The notes under the pieces: generated by a model | Database searches by the model: none | The model's input: only the letters and a program-made list of their open reading frames with translations | What the model was told of the DNA's origin: nothing | NCBI GenBank assembly: GCA_965203175.1 | Contig: OZ241867.1 | Coordinates: forward strand, 3,904,001 to 3,968,000 | DNA: 64,000 nt | Reading direction: 5' to 3' | Source: Candidatus Latescibacterota bacterium | GTDB lineage: Bacteria; Latescibacterota; UBA2968; UBA8231 | Shown: in pieces, positions 49,849 to 60,086 of the stretch | How the letters are laid out: the number at the start of each line of letters is the position of its first letter | How positions within the stretch are numbered: position 1 is the stretch's first letter | Position numbers and translations under genes: made by a program

Positions 49849-49937
49849 GACGCGTCGCGTCGCCAAGTATTGCGTCCCTAGTTGACCGAATTTATATTAT
49901 TTAGTTTGTATTTTTAGTTATAACAAGAGCCAACGCC

Positions 49938-50225
49938 ATGCCCACATACGAATACGAATGCCAGCAGTGCGGCCACCGCTTTGAAGAGTTTCAGAGCATC
50001 ACAGCCGAACCGCGCCAGACCTGCCCGGAAGCAAATTGTACAGGCCCAGTCAAGCGGCTCATCGGCATGGGCGGTGGTTTGCTGTTCAAGGGGACGGGCT
50101 TTTACATAACCGACTATCGCAGCGATGGATACCAAAAGGCGGCTAAGGCCGACAAAGACAGCGGCAGCAGCAAGGCGTCCGACAAAAAGGGCGATAGCAA
50201 AGCGAAGGCCGCCAAACCCGATTGA
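49938..50225 (+). CDS. FmdB family zinc-ribbon protein
   Basis: [21 protein letters not shown]...[11 protein letters not shown]; Lys/Ser-rich tail. Confidence 0.92.
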   Translation: MPTYEYECQQCGHRFEEFQSITAEPRQTCPEANCTGPVKRLIGMGGGLLFKGTGFYITDYRSDGYQKAAKADKDSGSSKASDKKGDSKAKAAKPD

Positions 50226-50260
50226 GGAACTTTCCTGCGCGATGCGTGGTTAAAACGTAG

Positions 50261-50752
50261 ATGTGGTCGAGGATATTACTAGGAATTTTTATCGCCGGTT
50301 CTTGGTGGGTAGGTTGCAGCCAGCAAAGCGCTGAAGAGCTGTTCGCAGCCGGCGAGGTCGCAGCGGCCGATCCCGCCACAGCCGACCAAGCAGTCGCGCA
50401 TTTTACGGCTTTTCTCGAGCGCTTTAGCCAATCTCCCAAAGCCCCAGAGGCGCTGAGAAAACTTGCCGCCCTAGCCCAGCAGCAAGGGAAGATGCAGGAG
50501 GCCATCGGTTATTACGAGCGCGTGTTGGTTGAATATCCCGTTAGCGGGCACGGCGACGAAGCTCAATTTATGATCGCCTTTATATATGAAGAGTACATCC
50601 GCGACCTAGAAAAAGCGCGGCGGGCCTACCAGCGCGTGATTGAGAACTACCCAGATTCCGAACTCGCGACTAGCGCTCGACACCTGCTGCCCAACGTCGG
50701 ACGCACTCCCCAAGAATGGGTTCAATTTCAAGACGAGGTCGCCGCTCCGTAA
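50261..50752 (+). CDS. TPR lipoprotein (BamD/CpoB-like repeats)
   Basis: Signal peptide with lipobox-like VG-C; TPR repeats with YP.S motifs. Confidence 0.75.
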   Translation: MWSRILLGIFIAGSWWVGCSQQSAEELFAAGEVAAADPATADQAVAHFTAFLERFSQSPKAPEALRKLAALAQQQGKMQEAIGYYERVLVEYPVSGHGDEAQFMIAFIYEEYIRDLEKARRAYQRVIENYPDSELATSARHLLPNVGRTPQEWVQFQDEVAAP

Positions 50753-50794
50753 CACGTTAGAAAATTGCCCTAGAGATTTAAGGCAGATGGGCCC

Positions 50795-50826
50795 AGCCGC
50801 TTGCGAATCCGCAGGGCGGTTTTTTA
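50795..50826 (+). terminator. Probable intrinsic terminator
   Basis: GCCGCTTGCG-AATC-CGCAGGGCGG followed by a T-tract. Confidence 0.6.
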
Positions 50827-50862
50827 TTGGCTGAGTCCTAAAGCACGTCGAGAATACAGCCG

Positions 50863-51861
50863 ATGACGCAAACAACAATAGACATTCACGCCATTAGCGA
50901 ACAGGTCCAGCGCGAGAGCGCGGTGGTAGAGCGCATCTTGCAGGAAATGGACCGGGTCATCGTCGGCCAACGCGCCATGGTGGAGCGGATCCTGATGGGG
51001 CTATTGTGCAACGGCCACATTCTCCTCGAAGGGGTGCCCGGACTAGCCAAGACCCTGACGGTGGCGACGCTGGCGAGGATCGTGGCGGCCCAGTTCAAGC
51101 GAATCCAGTTTACCCCCGATCTTTTGCCCGCCGATCTGACCGGGACCACCATCTACAACCAGCACCAAGGGGTTTTCATTCCCAAGAAAGGCCCGATTTT
51201 TGCCCATTTGATCTTGGCCGACGAAATAAACCGAGCACCAGCCAAAGTGCAGAGTGCGCTGTTGGAGTGCATGCAGGAGCGGCAGGTGACCATCGGCGAG
51301 GAAACCTACGCGCTCGACGACCCGTTCTTGGTCATGGCCACCCAGAACCCGATTGATCAAGAGGGAACCTACCCGCTGCCCGAGGCCCAAGTCGATCGCT
51401 TCATGCTCAAGGTGAAAGTCGATTACCCGTCGCGCGCTGAGGAACGGTTGATCTTAGACCGCATGGCCAACGACAGTCTGATTGAGGTAGAGCAAGCGGT
51501 GGGTATCGACGAAATACGCCGCCTGCGCGAGGTGGTGGAGATCGTCTATATCGACGACAAGATCAAGGATTACATTGTCGATCTCGTCCAGGCCACCCGG
51601 CGACCGGCCGATTACGGGCTGGCCGACATGGAGCCGCTGATCGAGTACGGGGCCTCGCCGCGGGCCGCTATTTTCCTCGTTCGCACGGCGCGCGCCCACG
51701 CCTTCATCCAGCGCCGCGGCTACGTCACCCCGGAAGATGTCAAGGCCGTGGGGGCCGATGTGCTCAGGCATCGGATCATTGCCTCGTACGAGGCCGAGGC
51801 CGAGGAAATCGACAGCGATCACATCGTGCAGCAGCTTTTCGACCACATCGAAGTTCCCTAA
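50863..51861 (+). CDS. moxR: MoxR family AAA+ ATPase
   Basis: LEGVPGLAKT, RIQFTPDLLPAD, DEINRAPAKVQSALLE, ATQNPIDQEGTYPLPEAQVDRF. Confidence 0.95.
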   Translation: MTQTTIDIHAISEQVQRESAVVERILQEMDRVIVGQRAMVERILMGLLCNGHILLEGVPGLAKTLTVATLARIVAAQFKRIQFTPDLLPADLTGTTIYNQHQGVFIPKKGPIFAHLILADEINRAPAKVQSALLECMQERQVTIGEETYALDDPFLVMATQNPIDQEGTYPLPEAQVDRFMLKVKVDYPSRAEERLILDRMANDSLIEVEQAVGIDEIRRLREVVEIVYIDDKIKDYIVDLVQATRRPADYGLADMEPLIEYGASPRAAIFLVRTARAHAFIQRRGYVTPEDVKAVGADVLRHRIIASYEAEAEEIDSDHIVQQLFDHIEVP

Positions 51862-51880
51862 AGCCAAGGCGAGCCGAGCC

Positions 51881-52756
51881 GTGATTCCCAAAGAGATACT
51901 CGACAAAGTTCGCCTGATCGAGATTCACACCCGCAGCATGGTGAACAACCTCTTCGCCGGAGAATACCACTCGGCGTTCAAGGGGCGGGGGATGGAGTTT
52001 GCCGAGGCGCGCGAATATCAGCCCGGCGACGACGTGCGCCACATCGACTGGAACGTGACGGCACGGGTGGGCGCGCCCTTCATCAAAATATTCGACGAGG
52101 AGCGCGAGTTGACCGCGGTGCTGGTGGTAGATGCCAGCGCGTCTGGGGCCTTTGGCTCACAGCAGCAGATGAAGGGGGAAATTGGGGTCGAAGTTTCGGC
52201 GCTGTTGGCCTTTAGTGCGATCAAGAACAACGACCGAGTGGGACTGCTCATCTTCACCGACGAGGTCGAGGTCTTCGTGCCGCCGAAAAAGGGGCGCAAG
52301 CACGTGCTGCGCGTGTTGCGCGAGTTGCTATACTTTCAGCCGCAGGGGCGCAAGACCTCCATCGCCGGGGCCTTGGAATACCTCAGCCGCGTCCTGCACC
52401 GCCGCAGCGTGATCTTTGTCATCTCCGATTTTCTCGACCAAGACTACGAGCCGGCGCTGCGGCACTTGAGCCAGCGCCACGATTTGATCGCCGTGGTGGT
52501 GAGCGACCCGCGCGAGTGGGAACTCCCCGATGTTGGTTTTATCAACTTGCAAGACGCCGAGACCGGCCAACAGGTGCTCGTCGATAGCGGCCACGAAGGT
52601 GTGCGCGCGTTTTTCGCCGCCGAACAGCGGGCCGCGGCCGAGCGCCGCAGCACCCTATTGCACAAAGCGGGCGTCGACGAAATAGCGATTGATCTGTCGC
52701 GCCCTTATGTCGAACCTCTCATTCACTTTTTTCGCGCGCGGATGCAGCGACACTAA
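51881..52756 (+). CDS. DUF58 VWA-like protein
   Basis: GEYHSAFKGRGMEFAEAREYQPGDDVRHIDWNVTAR; GTG start. Confidence 0.93.
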   Translation: MIPKEILDKVRLIEIHTRSMVNNLFAGEYHSAFKGRGMEFAEAREYQPGDDVRHIDWNVTARVGAPFIKIFDEERELTAVLVVDASASGAFGSQQQMKGEIGVEVSALLAFSAIKNNDRVGLLIFTDEVEVFVPPKKGRKHVLRVLRELLYFQPQGRKTSIAGALEYLSRVLHRRSVIFVISDFLDQDYEPALRHLSQRHDLIAVVVSDPREWELPDVGFINLQDAETGQQVLVDSGHEGVRAFFAAEQRAAAERRSTLLHKAGVDEIAIDLSRPYVEPLIHFFRARMQRH

Positions 52757-52768
52757 GGAGGAAGTACG

Positions 52769-53701
52769 GTGATTGAAGTACGCGAACTGTCCAAACACTA
52801 CGGAGATGTCGTCGCCGTGGAGAATGTGTCCTTTAATGTTGACAAGGGCGTCGTCCTCGGTTTCCTCGGGCCGAATGGCGCGGGCAAGACTACGACGATG
52901 CGCATACTTACCTGTTATCTGCCACCTTCGCAGGGCGAAGCCAAAGTCGCTGGTTTCGACATCATCGAAGAATCTATGGAGGTGCGCAAGCGCATCGGCT
53001 ATCTGCCCGAACAGCCGCCGCTCTACCACGATATGACGGTAAACGCCTATTTGCGCTTTGTCGCCAAAATCAAGGGCGTGCCCAGCGCGGCTCTCAACAG
53101 CCGGATCGACGACACCATGGAAAAAACTGGCATTGCCCACCAACGCCACACGGTGATCGGCCACCTGTCTAAGGGCTATCGACAGCGCGTCGGTTTAGCC
53201 CAAGCCCTCGTCCACGAGCCGGAGGTGCTCATTCTCGACGAGCCGACTGTGGGTCTCGACCCCAAGCAGATCATCGAAATCCGCGAGGTCATCAGGGGGC
53301 TGGGGGGCGACCATACGGTCATTCTCAGCACTCATATCCTGTCGGAAGTGAGCATGACCTGCGGGCACGTGGCGATCATCAACAACGGCCGCATCGCCGG
53401 CCAAGGCACGCCCGAAAGCCTCATGGCCCAGCTCAAGGAGGGAGAAGTGCTGCGCGCCCATATAGACGGCCCCAGCGAGCAGGTGCTGGGCATGATCGGC
53501 CAGCTAGAGGGCGTGCTGGAGGTGGAAGCCGGTGGTGAGGAGGGCGCGTACGTGGTGACGAGCGCACCCGGAGCCGATGTGCGCGACGACCTGACCCGCA
53601 AGGTCGTGGAAAGCGGCTTCAGTCTCCGCGAATTGCGGCCGCTCGACATGACCCTTGAAGACATTTTCCTGAGCCTGACTAGCGAGGAGGTAGCAGCTTA
53701 A
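52769..53701 (+). CDS. ABC transporter ATPase, GldA-like
   Basis: GPNGAGKTT, LSKGYRQRVGLAQA, DEPTVGLDP. Confidence 0.92.
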   Translation: MIEVRELSKHYGDVVAVENVSFNVDKGVVLGFLGPNGAGKTTTMRILTCYLPPSQGEAKVAGFDIIEESMEVRKRIGYLPEQPPLYHDMTVNAYLRFVAKIKGVPSAALNSRIDDTMEKTGIAHQRHTVIGHLSKGYRQRVGLAQALVHEPEVLILDEPTVGLDPKQIIEIREVIRGLGGDHTVILSTHILSEVSMTCGHVAIINNGRIAGQGTPESLMAQLKEGEVLRAHIDGPSEQVLGMIGQLEGVLEVEAGGEEGAYVVTSAPGADVRDDLTRKVVESGFSLRELRPLDMTLEDIFLSLTSEEVAA

Positions 53702-53702
53702 A

Positions 53703-54485
53703 ATGCGTAATTTTGCCGCCGTGTACACCAAGGAGATGCGCTCCTATTTTGTTTCGCCGGTCGCCTATGTGATCGCCGGCGTCTTCCTATTTCTCTCGGG
53801 CTATCTGTTTCGCAACATCCTGATGCAGTTCAACCTCTGGTGCTTGCAATTTGGCCAGCGGGCGCAGATGGGCATGGGGGGGATGCCGGCGCTCAATCTC
53901 AACGAGATGGTCGTCACCCAATTCTTCGCGGTCATGGACTTCATCTGGCTCTTGGTCATCCCGATGCTGACCATGCGGCTGTTTGCCGAGGAGAAGAAGT
54001 CGGGGACCATCGAATTGCTGATGACCTCGCCGCTGCGCACCATCGAGGTGATGTTGGGCAAGTTTTTTGCCTGCTTTTCGCTCTACGGCATCATCGTCAG
54101 CCTGACGCTGATTTACTTTCTCATCCTCGAAGTGTACGGCTCGCCCGACTGGGGCCCGATTTTTTCCGGCTACTTAGGCTACTTGTTCCTCGGCGCGACC
54201 TTTATCTCCGTAGGCATCTTGGCCTCGGCGCTGACTGAAAATCAGATCGTCGCCGTGCTGCTGACCTTTGGCATGTTGCTCCTGTTCTGGCTCATCGACT
54301 GGTCGGCGAGCTTTGCCGGCCCGACAGCCGCCAAAATCCTGCAGTACCTCTCCTTTATAGCACACCTCGAAGATTTCCAGCGCGGAGTCATAGACACCAA
54401 GGACGTGGTGTTCTACCTAAGCTTTACCTTTTTCTGCTTGTTTTTGACCACGCGTGTCATTGAATCGCGGAGATGGAGGCGCTGA
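53703..54485 (+). CDS. ABC-2 permease, GldF-like
   Basis: KEMRSYFVSPVAY, TMRLFAEEKKSGTIELLMTSP, FQRGVIDT. Confidence 0.9.
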   Translation: MRNFAAVYTKEMRSYFVSPVAYVIAGVFLFLSGYLFRNILMQFNLWCLQFGQRAQMGMGGMPALNLNEMVVTQFFAVMDFIWLLVIPMLTMRLFAEEKKSGTIELLMTSPLRTIEVMLGKFFACFSLYGIIVSLTLIYFLILEVYGSPDWGPIFSGYLGYLFLGATFISVGILASALTENQIVAVLLTFGMLLLFWLIDWSASFAGPTAAKILQYLSFIAHLEDFQRGVIDTKDVVFYLSFTFFCLFLTTRVIESRRWRR

Positions 54486-54487
54486 GT

Positions 54488-57400
54488 ATGAAGGCATATA
54501 CCACGCCCTTGGGGCTTGTCGGCGCGGCGCTGATGGTCGCGGGTGGCACGGCCTATCTGCTCAATGCCGAGAGCGGTTCGGTTGGGCTTTTCAACTTGGC
54601 CCTCGGTGCCCTGATGGTGGCCGCGGCCGGCTTGCTCAACCCGGCGCTCTTCCGCCAGTACGGCCGCTGGCTCAACGCCTTTTGGGGCGGTATCATGGTC
54701 TTTGGCATTGTGGCCATGGTCAATTTTTTGGGCAACCGCTATCCCGAGCGCTTCGACCTGACTGAGGGCCGGCTGCATAGCCTCGCCGACCTGACGGTGG
54801 AGACGCTCAAGGCGTTGGACAGGGATGTCCACGCCCTCGCCTTTATGGAGGGGGGAGAAAACGCCGAACTCGAGTTGCTGCTGGCTGAGTTGGAGACGTA
54901 CAACACTCGCTTCAGCTACGAATTCATCGACCCGGACCGCGATCCGGGTCGCACCGAGGACTACGGCATCCGCCGCTACGACACGCTGGTGTTGGAAAGC
55001 GGCGACAAACAGCAGCAAATCACCGAGCTCGAAGAGCGCGAGATCGTCAACTCGCTGCTCAAGCTGACGCGCGAGCGCCAAGACCGGATCTACTTGACGG
55101 TGGGGCACGGCGAGCGCAGGCTGGCAAACCAACCCGATGGGCTGGAGCAGCTCCAGGCTCAATTGACAGAAATCGACTACGCAGTCGAGGATTCGCTTTT
55201 TCTCGCTCGCGAGGGGGCGGTGCCCGAAGATTGCGCCGTGCTGGTCATCGCTGGCCCGCGCACGCCCTTCTTCCCGGTGGAGGTTGAGGCCATACGCTCC
55301 TATCTAGCAGAAGGCGGAGCCTTGCTGTTGCTTTTGGACCCGCTCGCCGACAGCGGCTTAGTAGAGCTGTTGGACGAGTGGGGCGTGGCGGTCGGCGACG
55401 ATTTCGTCATTGATACCAGCGGTATTGGCTCGCTCTTTGGCCTCGATTTTACCACGCCGGTCGCCCTTTCCTACGGCGACCATCCGGTCACGCGTAAGCA
55501 CCAGGGCTTGATGACCTTCTTCCAACTCGGGCGCTCAGTGCGCTTTGACGAGAGCAGCGGCCGCGAAGGAGGGGCCTTGGTTATGACGTCGGAGGCCGGT
55601 TGGGCCGAAACCGACTTGAGCGTGCTCACCAGCGAGGGCGATCAGACGGTCAAGCTCGACGAGGGCGTCGATCAGCCCGGGCCGGTATCCTTAGCCGTCG
55701 CCGCCCGAGACACCGAGGCCGGGGGCCGCTTGGTGGTCTTTGGGGATTCGGACTTTGCCACCAACCAGTACTTCGGTGTCCAAGGCAACGGCGACTTGGT
55801 GCTCAATGCCCTTAGTTGGCTGGCCGAGGACGAGGCCCTGATCTCGATCCGCCCCCGCGAGCCGGGCCACAATCCCATCGCCCTGACTGAAAGCGACGGC
55901 GAGTGGATTTTCTGGCTCAGCGTGGTGCTCTACCCAGGGGTGATCGCCTTGGTCGGCATTGTGGTCGTCTCGCGCAAGGGGCGCTGGAGCTTAGCCGACT
56001 TGAGCGCGGCCGGGTTGGGCATTGTGATTTCGCTAGGCATTGCCGCGCTGGTCAACTTCCTCGGCGACCGCTATCACCTCCGCAAGGACATGACGGCCGA
56101 CGCGCTGTTTACGCTGTCGGACGATACCCACCGACTCCTCTCGCCCCTTGCAGACAACGGCCAGTACGTCAGCGTCAAGACCTTCATGAGCGAAATGGAG
56201 AACATGCGCTTTGAGGATCTCTTAAGGGAGTACAGCTATGTGTCGCCCAACTTCGACTACGAGCTGCTTGATCCGCAGAAAAATCGGCTGCGCGTCGAGC
56301 AGAACAACATCCGCGAGCGCGGAACCTCGATTATTGAAGTAATCGACGAAGGACAGGTGCGCACAGAGCGCATCACCGCCCAGAGCGAAGAGGCGTTGAG
56401 CAATGCCATTCTCAAGGCACTCAAAGGCCGCGAGCTAAGGGCTTATTTCACCAGCGGCCACGGCGAGGCCGAACTCGACCAAGTCGATGAGCTCGGCTAT
56501 TCCACCCTCAAAGGTCGCCTCAAGGAGCTAAACTTCGCGGTCGAAGGGGGATTGACGCTCGCAGAGCCGGTGCCCGACGACGCTACCTTAGTGGTGGTCT
56601 TGGCACCGAAGGAGCGCTTTGTCGCGGCTGAAGCCGAAGTGCTGGGGCAATACTTGGCTCGCGGGGGCAGTGCGCTGTTTTTGCTCGATCCGGGTCAGCC
56701 GACCGGGCTTGAGGCGCTTTTGAACGAATACTCGGTGGAGCTAGGGCAGGACTTCGTCGTCGATTTGAGCGGTTTGGGCCAGCTCTTTGGCGCGGATGTC
56801 TCAGTGCCGGTAGTCATCAACTACGGCGATCACCCGATCACTGAAAAGTTGTCCGGCGGTACGATGAGCTTCTTTCCGCTGGCGCGCTCGGTGCAGATGA
56901 CCGAACACCGGCTCAAGGAGCCGGACATCGCTGCGTTGGCATACACCCACAAAAGCAGTTGGGGCGAAGCGGACCTAGCACCCATAATGGGCGAGGGCGG
57001 CGAGGTGGATTTCGATCCGGAAGTAGATATGCGCGGCCCGGTGCCGCTGGGTGTGGCTGTCTCCGCAGACGCTGATACCAGCTTGGCACCCGAAGGGCGG
57101 ACGCGGCTGGTGGTCATCGGCGACGCGGATTTTGCTTCCAATCAGTACTTTGCCCAGCAGGCCAATGGCGAGCTATTCCTCGGCAGCGTCAGTTGGCTCA
57201 CCGAGGATGAAGACCGCCTGACCATCGCCGACAAGCAACCCGCCTTTAATCCCATCAACCTGATCGGCAATCAAGGTGCGGTCATTCTCTGGGTCTCAGT
57301 GTTTATTGTGCCCTTTGCGGTCGCGTTGTCGGGCATGGTTATGGTGCTCAGGCGCGGCTATCAGACCTATGCCGACGGCTTTGTGTCGTGGCTGGTATAC

Positions 57401-57739
57401 ACCTTTTGGGGCAATGCGATGTTCTTTTTTATCAGCGGCATCATTGCCACCAGCGAGGGGGCGATCTTTGAGGGTGAGGTCAAATTGATCTCAGCCTTAG
57501 CCTCGGCAGCCATTGGCTACGGACTCTATCGGCACGCAGCGTGGGCTTGGCAATCCGGCTTGGTGTTTGCGGTGCTGTGCGCCGGCGTGGTCGCGCTGAC
57601 GATTTTTACCGGTGCCAGCCTTGGGTTCTCGCTGATTCCCAACGAGACAGTCCAACTGATCTACGCCGCGGTTTTTGTGGTTAACACGGCCATTCTCGTG
57701 TGGATTAAAAAGGTCTTTGTCCAAGAGGAGCAAGCATGA
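54488..57739 (+). CDS. GldG-like ABC auxiliary protein with two tandem GldG units
   Basis: Two copies of VNFLG..D(L/M)T, GHGE, RLVVxGD.DF..N, WL.EDE, each closed by a TM helix; extra C-terminal TM bundle. Confidence 0.85.
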   Translation: MKAYTTPLGLVGAALMVAGGTAYLLNAESGSVGLFNLALGALMVAAAGLLNPALFRQYGRWLNAFWGGIMVFGIVAMVNFLGNRYPERFDLTEGRLHSLADLTVETLKALDRDVHALAFMEGGENAELELLLAELETYNTRFSYEFIDPDRDPGRTEDYGIRRYDTLVLESGDKQQQITELEEREIVNSLLKLTRERQDRIYLTVGHGERRLANQPDGLEQLQAQLTEIDYAVEDSLFLAREGAVPEDCAVLVIAGPRTPFFPVEVEAIRSYLAEGGALLLLLDPLADSGLVELLDEWGVAVGDDFVIDTSGIGSLFGLDFTTPVALSYGDHPVTRKHQGLMTFFQLGRSVRFDESSGREGGALVMTSEAGWAETDLSVLTSEGDQTVKLDEGVDQPGPVSLAVAARDTEAGGRLVVFGDSDFATNQYFGVQGNGDLVLNALSWLAEDEALISIRPREPGHNPIALTESDGEWIFWLSVVLYPGVIALVGIVVVSRKGRWSLADLSAAGLGIVISLGIAALVNFLGDRYHLRKDMTADALFTLSDDTHRLLSPLADNGQYVSVKTFMSEMENMRFEDLLREYSYVSPNFDYELLDPQKNRLRVEQNNIRERGTSIIEVIDEGQVRTERITAQSEEALSNAILKALKGRELRAYFTSGHGEAELDQVDELGYSTLKGRLKELNFAVEGGLTLAEPVPDDATLVVVLAPKERFVAAEAEVLGQYLARGGSALFLLDPGQPTGLEALLNEYSVELGQDFVVDLSGLGQLFGADVSVPVVINYGDHPITEKLSGGTMSFFPLARSVQMTEHRLKEPDIAALAYTHKSSWGEADLAPIMGEGGEVDFDPEVDMRGPVPLGVAVSADADTSLAPEGRTRLVVIGDADFASNQYFAQQANGELFLGSVSWLTEDEDRLTIADKQPAFNPINLIGNQGAVILWVSVFIVPFAVALSGMVMVLRRGYQTYADGFVSWLVYTFWGNAMFFFISGIIATSEGAIFEGEVKLISALASAAIGYGLYRHAAWAWQSGLVFAVLCAGVVALTIFTGASLGFSLIPNETVQLIYAAVFVVNTAILVWIKKVFVQEEQA

Positions 57740-59154
57740 AATTCAAGACCAATGTCGCAATCGGCGCAGTCTTCGTGGCGCTGTTGGCCTTTGTCTATTT
57801 CTACGAGATCAAAGGCGGCGAGGAGCGTCGCCAAGAAGCCGAAAAATCCAAGCAGCTATTCGCCTTCCAAGAAGATGATGCACAGCGGCTCGAACTGTTG
57901 CGCGGCGACGATGCCTTGGTGTTGGATAAGGGGACGGGTGGCTGGAACCTGAGCGCGCCTATGACCGACGGCGCGGACCAAGAGGCCGTAGAGCGCTACT
58001 TGCGCAATCTACGCGAGTGCGAGCGGGAAAAGGTGGTCGTCGATAGCGCGGCTGCGAGCGCAGCGGAAGCCGCCCAATACGGGCTTGACGCGCCGAGACT
58101 CAAGGTGCGGGTGCAAACCGAGGACGGTGCCGAGCAGGTGGTGGCTTTCGGCTCGGACAGTCCCACCGACCGCTTCACCTACGCCCAACTGCAAGGCGAC
58201 AATCCCGAGATCTTTGTGGTGCGCGCTTGGCGCTTCGACAATCTCGACAAACGCGCTTTTGACTTGCGCGACCGCCGGGTGCTGGCCTTTGCCAAAGACG
58301 AGGTAATGCAAGTGCAGCGGTGGGGTGCGGGCGGCGCGGCCGTGCTGGCGCGGGACGAACCTGACTGGCAGTTTCGCGAGCCGGTAGTCGCCCGGGTCGC
58401 CGACGATGCGGTAAACGGCTTACTCGACAAAATCGACCAAGCCGAGATCGAGGCTTTTGTCTCCGAAGATCCAGATACCACCGCCTTGGCCAGCTATGGC
58501 TTGGGGGAGCGCGCGTCGCAGGTGGAAATCGCCCTGCTCGTCGGCGAAGACCGGGCCGAGAAGCGCTTGGCCATTGGCGGCGCGGACGAACAGGGCCGTT
58601 GGTACGCGCGCGACGCCAGCCGGCCGCAAGTCTTCTTGGTCGATTCGACGCTGGTACAAGAGCTTACCAAAAGCATCTCCGACCTGCGCGACAAAAAACC
58701 CTTGCGCTTTGAGCGCGATCAGGTCGAGCGCATCGTCTTGACTCGCGGGGCTGTACCCGCGTTTGCAGCCGACAAGGACACGAGCGGTGTGTGGCATTTA
58801 TCCAAGCCTATGGGGCGCGATGCCAAATCGTGGAAGCTCAACAGCCTCTTGAGCGACTTGGAGCAACTTGAAGTCGAGGATTTTGCCGAGGAACTGCCCG
58901 CCGAGGCCACTTCTGTTTTCAGTATTGAACTCCTCGGCGAAGGGCAAGCCCTGCTGACCGCTCGCTTTAGCGCAGCCGCCGGAACCTCGTACCTGCAACA
59001 GGAAGGCGACGACGCGGTGTACGTCGTAAGTGGCGATGATTTCGCCGAGTTGGATTTGGATATAGACGACGTGGCGCAAGCGCCCAAAAAGCCGGCTGCA
59101 CCCGCCGCCAGCAGCGAAGAAGACCCCGACGACGGCGGCGCTGACAGTCCGTAA
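57736..59154 (+). CDS. DUF4340 repeat protein
   Basis: N-terminal TM, repeated W.L..P..AD...YGL..P and LRD motifs; usual partner of GldG cassettes. Confidence 0.8.
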   Translation: MKFKTNVAIGAVFVALLAFVYFYEIKGGEERRQEAEKSKQLFAFQEDDAQRLELLRGDDALVLDKGTGGWNLSAPMTDGADQEAVERYLRNLRECEREKVVVDSAAASAAEAAQYGLDAPRLKVRVQTEDGAEQVVAFGSDSPTDRFTYAQLQGDNPEIFVVRAWRFDNLDKRAFDLRDRRVLAFAKDEVMQVQRWGAGGAAVLARDEPDWQFREPVVARVADDAVNGLLDKIDQAEIEAFVSEDPDTTALASYGLGERASQVEIALLVGEDRAEKRLAIGGADEQGRWYARDASRPQVFLVDSTLVQELTKSISDLRDKKPLRFERDQVERIVLTRGAVPAFAADKDTSGVWHLSKPMGRDAKSWKLNSLLSDLEQLEVEDFAEELPAEATSVFSIELLGEGQALLTARFSAAAGTSYLQQEGDDAVYVVSGDDFAELDLDIDDVAQAPKKPAAPAASSEEDPDDGGADSP

Positions 59155-60086
59155 TGTATCTCGGCGGTCTGCTCGCCGCGCTAGTCGTCCTCGTTGAGGG
59201 GCTGCACGCCCAGATCCCTCGGGCTGAGGCGACCTTGGACACTGCGGCTGCTCGGGTCGGCGATCCCATCCGCCTGACGTTGACGCTCCATCACGACGCC
59301 ACTGTGCGTCCCGAGGCTCCGGACTTGCCCCAGATTCTCCGGGATTTTTCGCCTCGCTGCGCTGGTTGGCACCAACGCGAGGTCGCGACTGGCGTTGAGC
59401 TAGCGCAAGAATGCGAACTGCGTCTCTACGAACTGGGGCTGCACGAGGTACCAGCCGTGGCCGTGCCCTTTGTCACTGCTGCGGGCGACACGCTCCTGCG
59501 CGCGACTCAACCCTTAGCCATAGAGATCATCAGCGCCCGAGGCGAAGGGGAGGACCAACTGCGCGACATCAAACCGCCCGTGCTCATCAGCGGGGGAGTG
59601 CCGTTGTGGGTGGTCGTCGCAATCGGACTGCTGGCGTTGGCGCTTTGCGCGCTCGGCGGCGTTTGGCTCTGGCGTCGCCGCACCCGCACCCCAGAGCCCC
59701 CACCTCCGCCCGAGCCGATAGACTACGCGGCTGAATTCGCGCGCATTGCCAAGAGCGGCCTGTTGGAACGCGGCGAGTTCAAAACATACTACTCGCTGCT
59801 TTCGGAAAACCTGCGCCGCTTCTTGGAGGAGAGCCTGACAATTGAGGCCATGGAGCAGACCACGTCTGAACTAGCGGACGCGCTGCGGGAGGGTGAAATC
59901 GATGCCGCGCTTAGGGAGCAGATCATCGACTACTTGGCCGCGGCTGACTTGGTGAAATTCGCCCGTTTTCATCCGGCGCTGGACGCGGCCCGGCGCGCAC
60001 CGGATGTCGGCCTAGCCATATTGCGCGCCATTGAGGAGGCGGTCGCAACCCGCGCTGCCAAGGCCCATGCAGAACATCCGGTTTGA
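59154..60086 (+). CDS. Bat-operon membrane protein (Ig-like domain, TM helix, helical domain)
   Basis: VGDPIRLTLTL, LRDIKPP, TM helix, AMEQTTSEL, ADLVKFA; usual gene preceding batA. Confidence 0.75.
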   Translation: MYLGGLLAALVVLVEGLHAQIPRAEATLDTAAARVGDPIRLTLTLHHDATVRPEAPDLPQILRDFSPRCAGWHQREVATGVELAQECELRLYELGLHEVPAVAVPFVTAAGDTLLRATQPLAIEIISARGEGEDQLRDIKPPVLISGGVPLWVVVAIGLLALALCALGGVWLWRRRTRTPEPPPPPEPIDYAAEFARIAKSGLLERGEFKTYYSLLSENLRRFLEESLTIEAMEQTTSELADALREGEIDAALREQIIDYLAAADLVKFARFHPALDAARRAPDVGLAILRAIEEAVATRAAKAHAEHPV

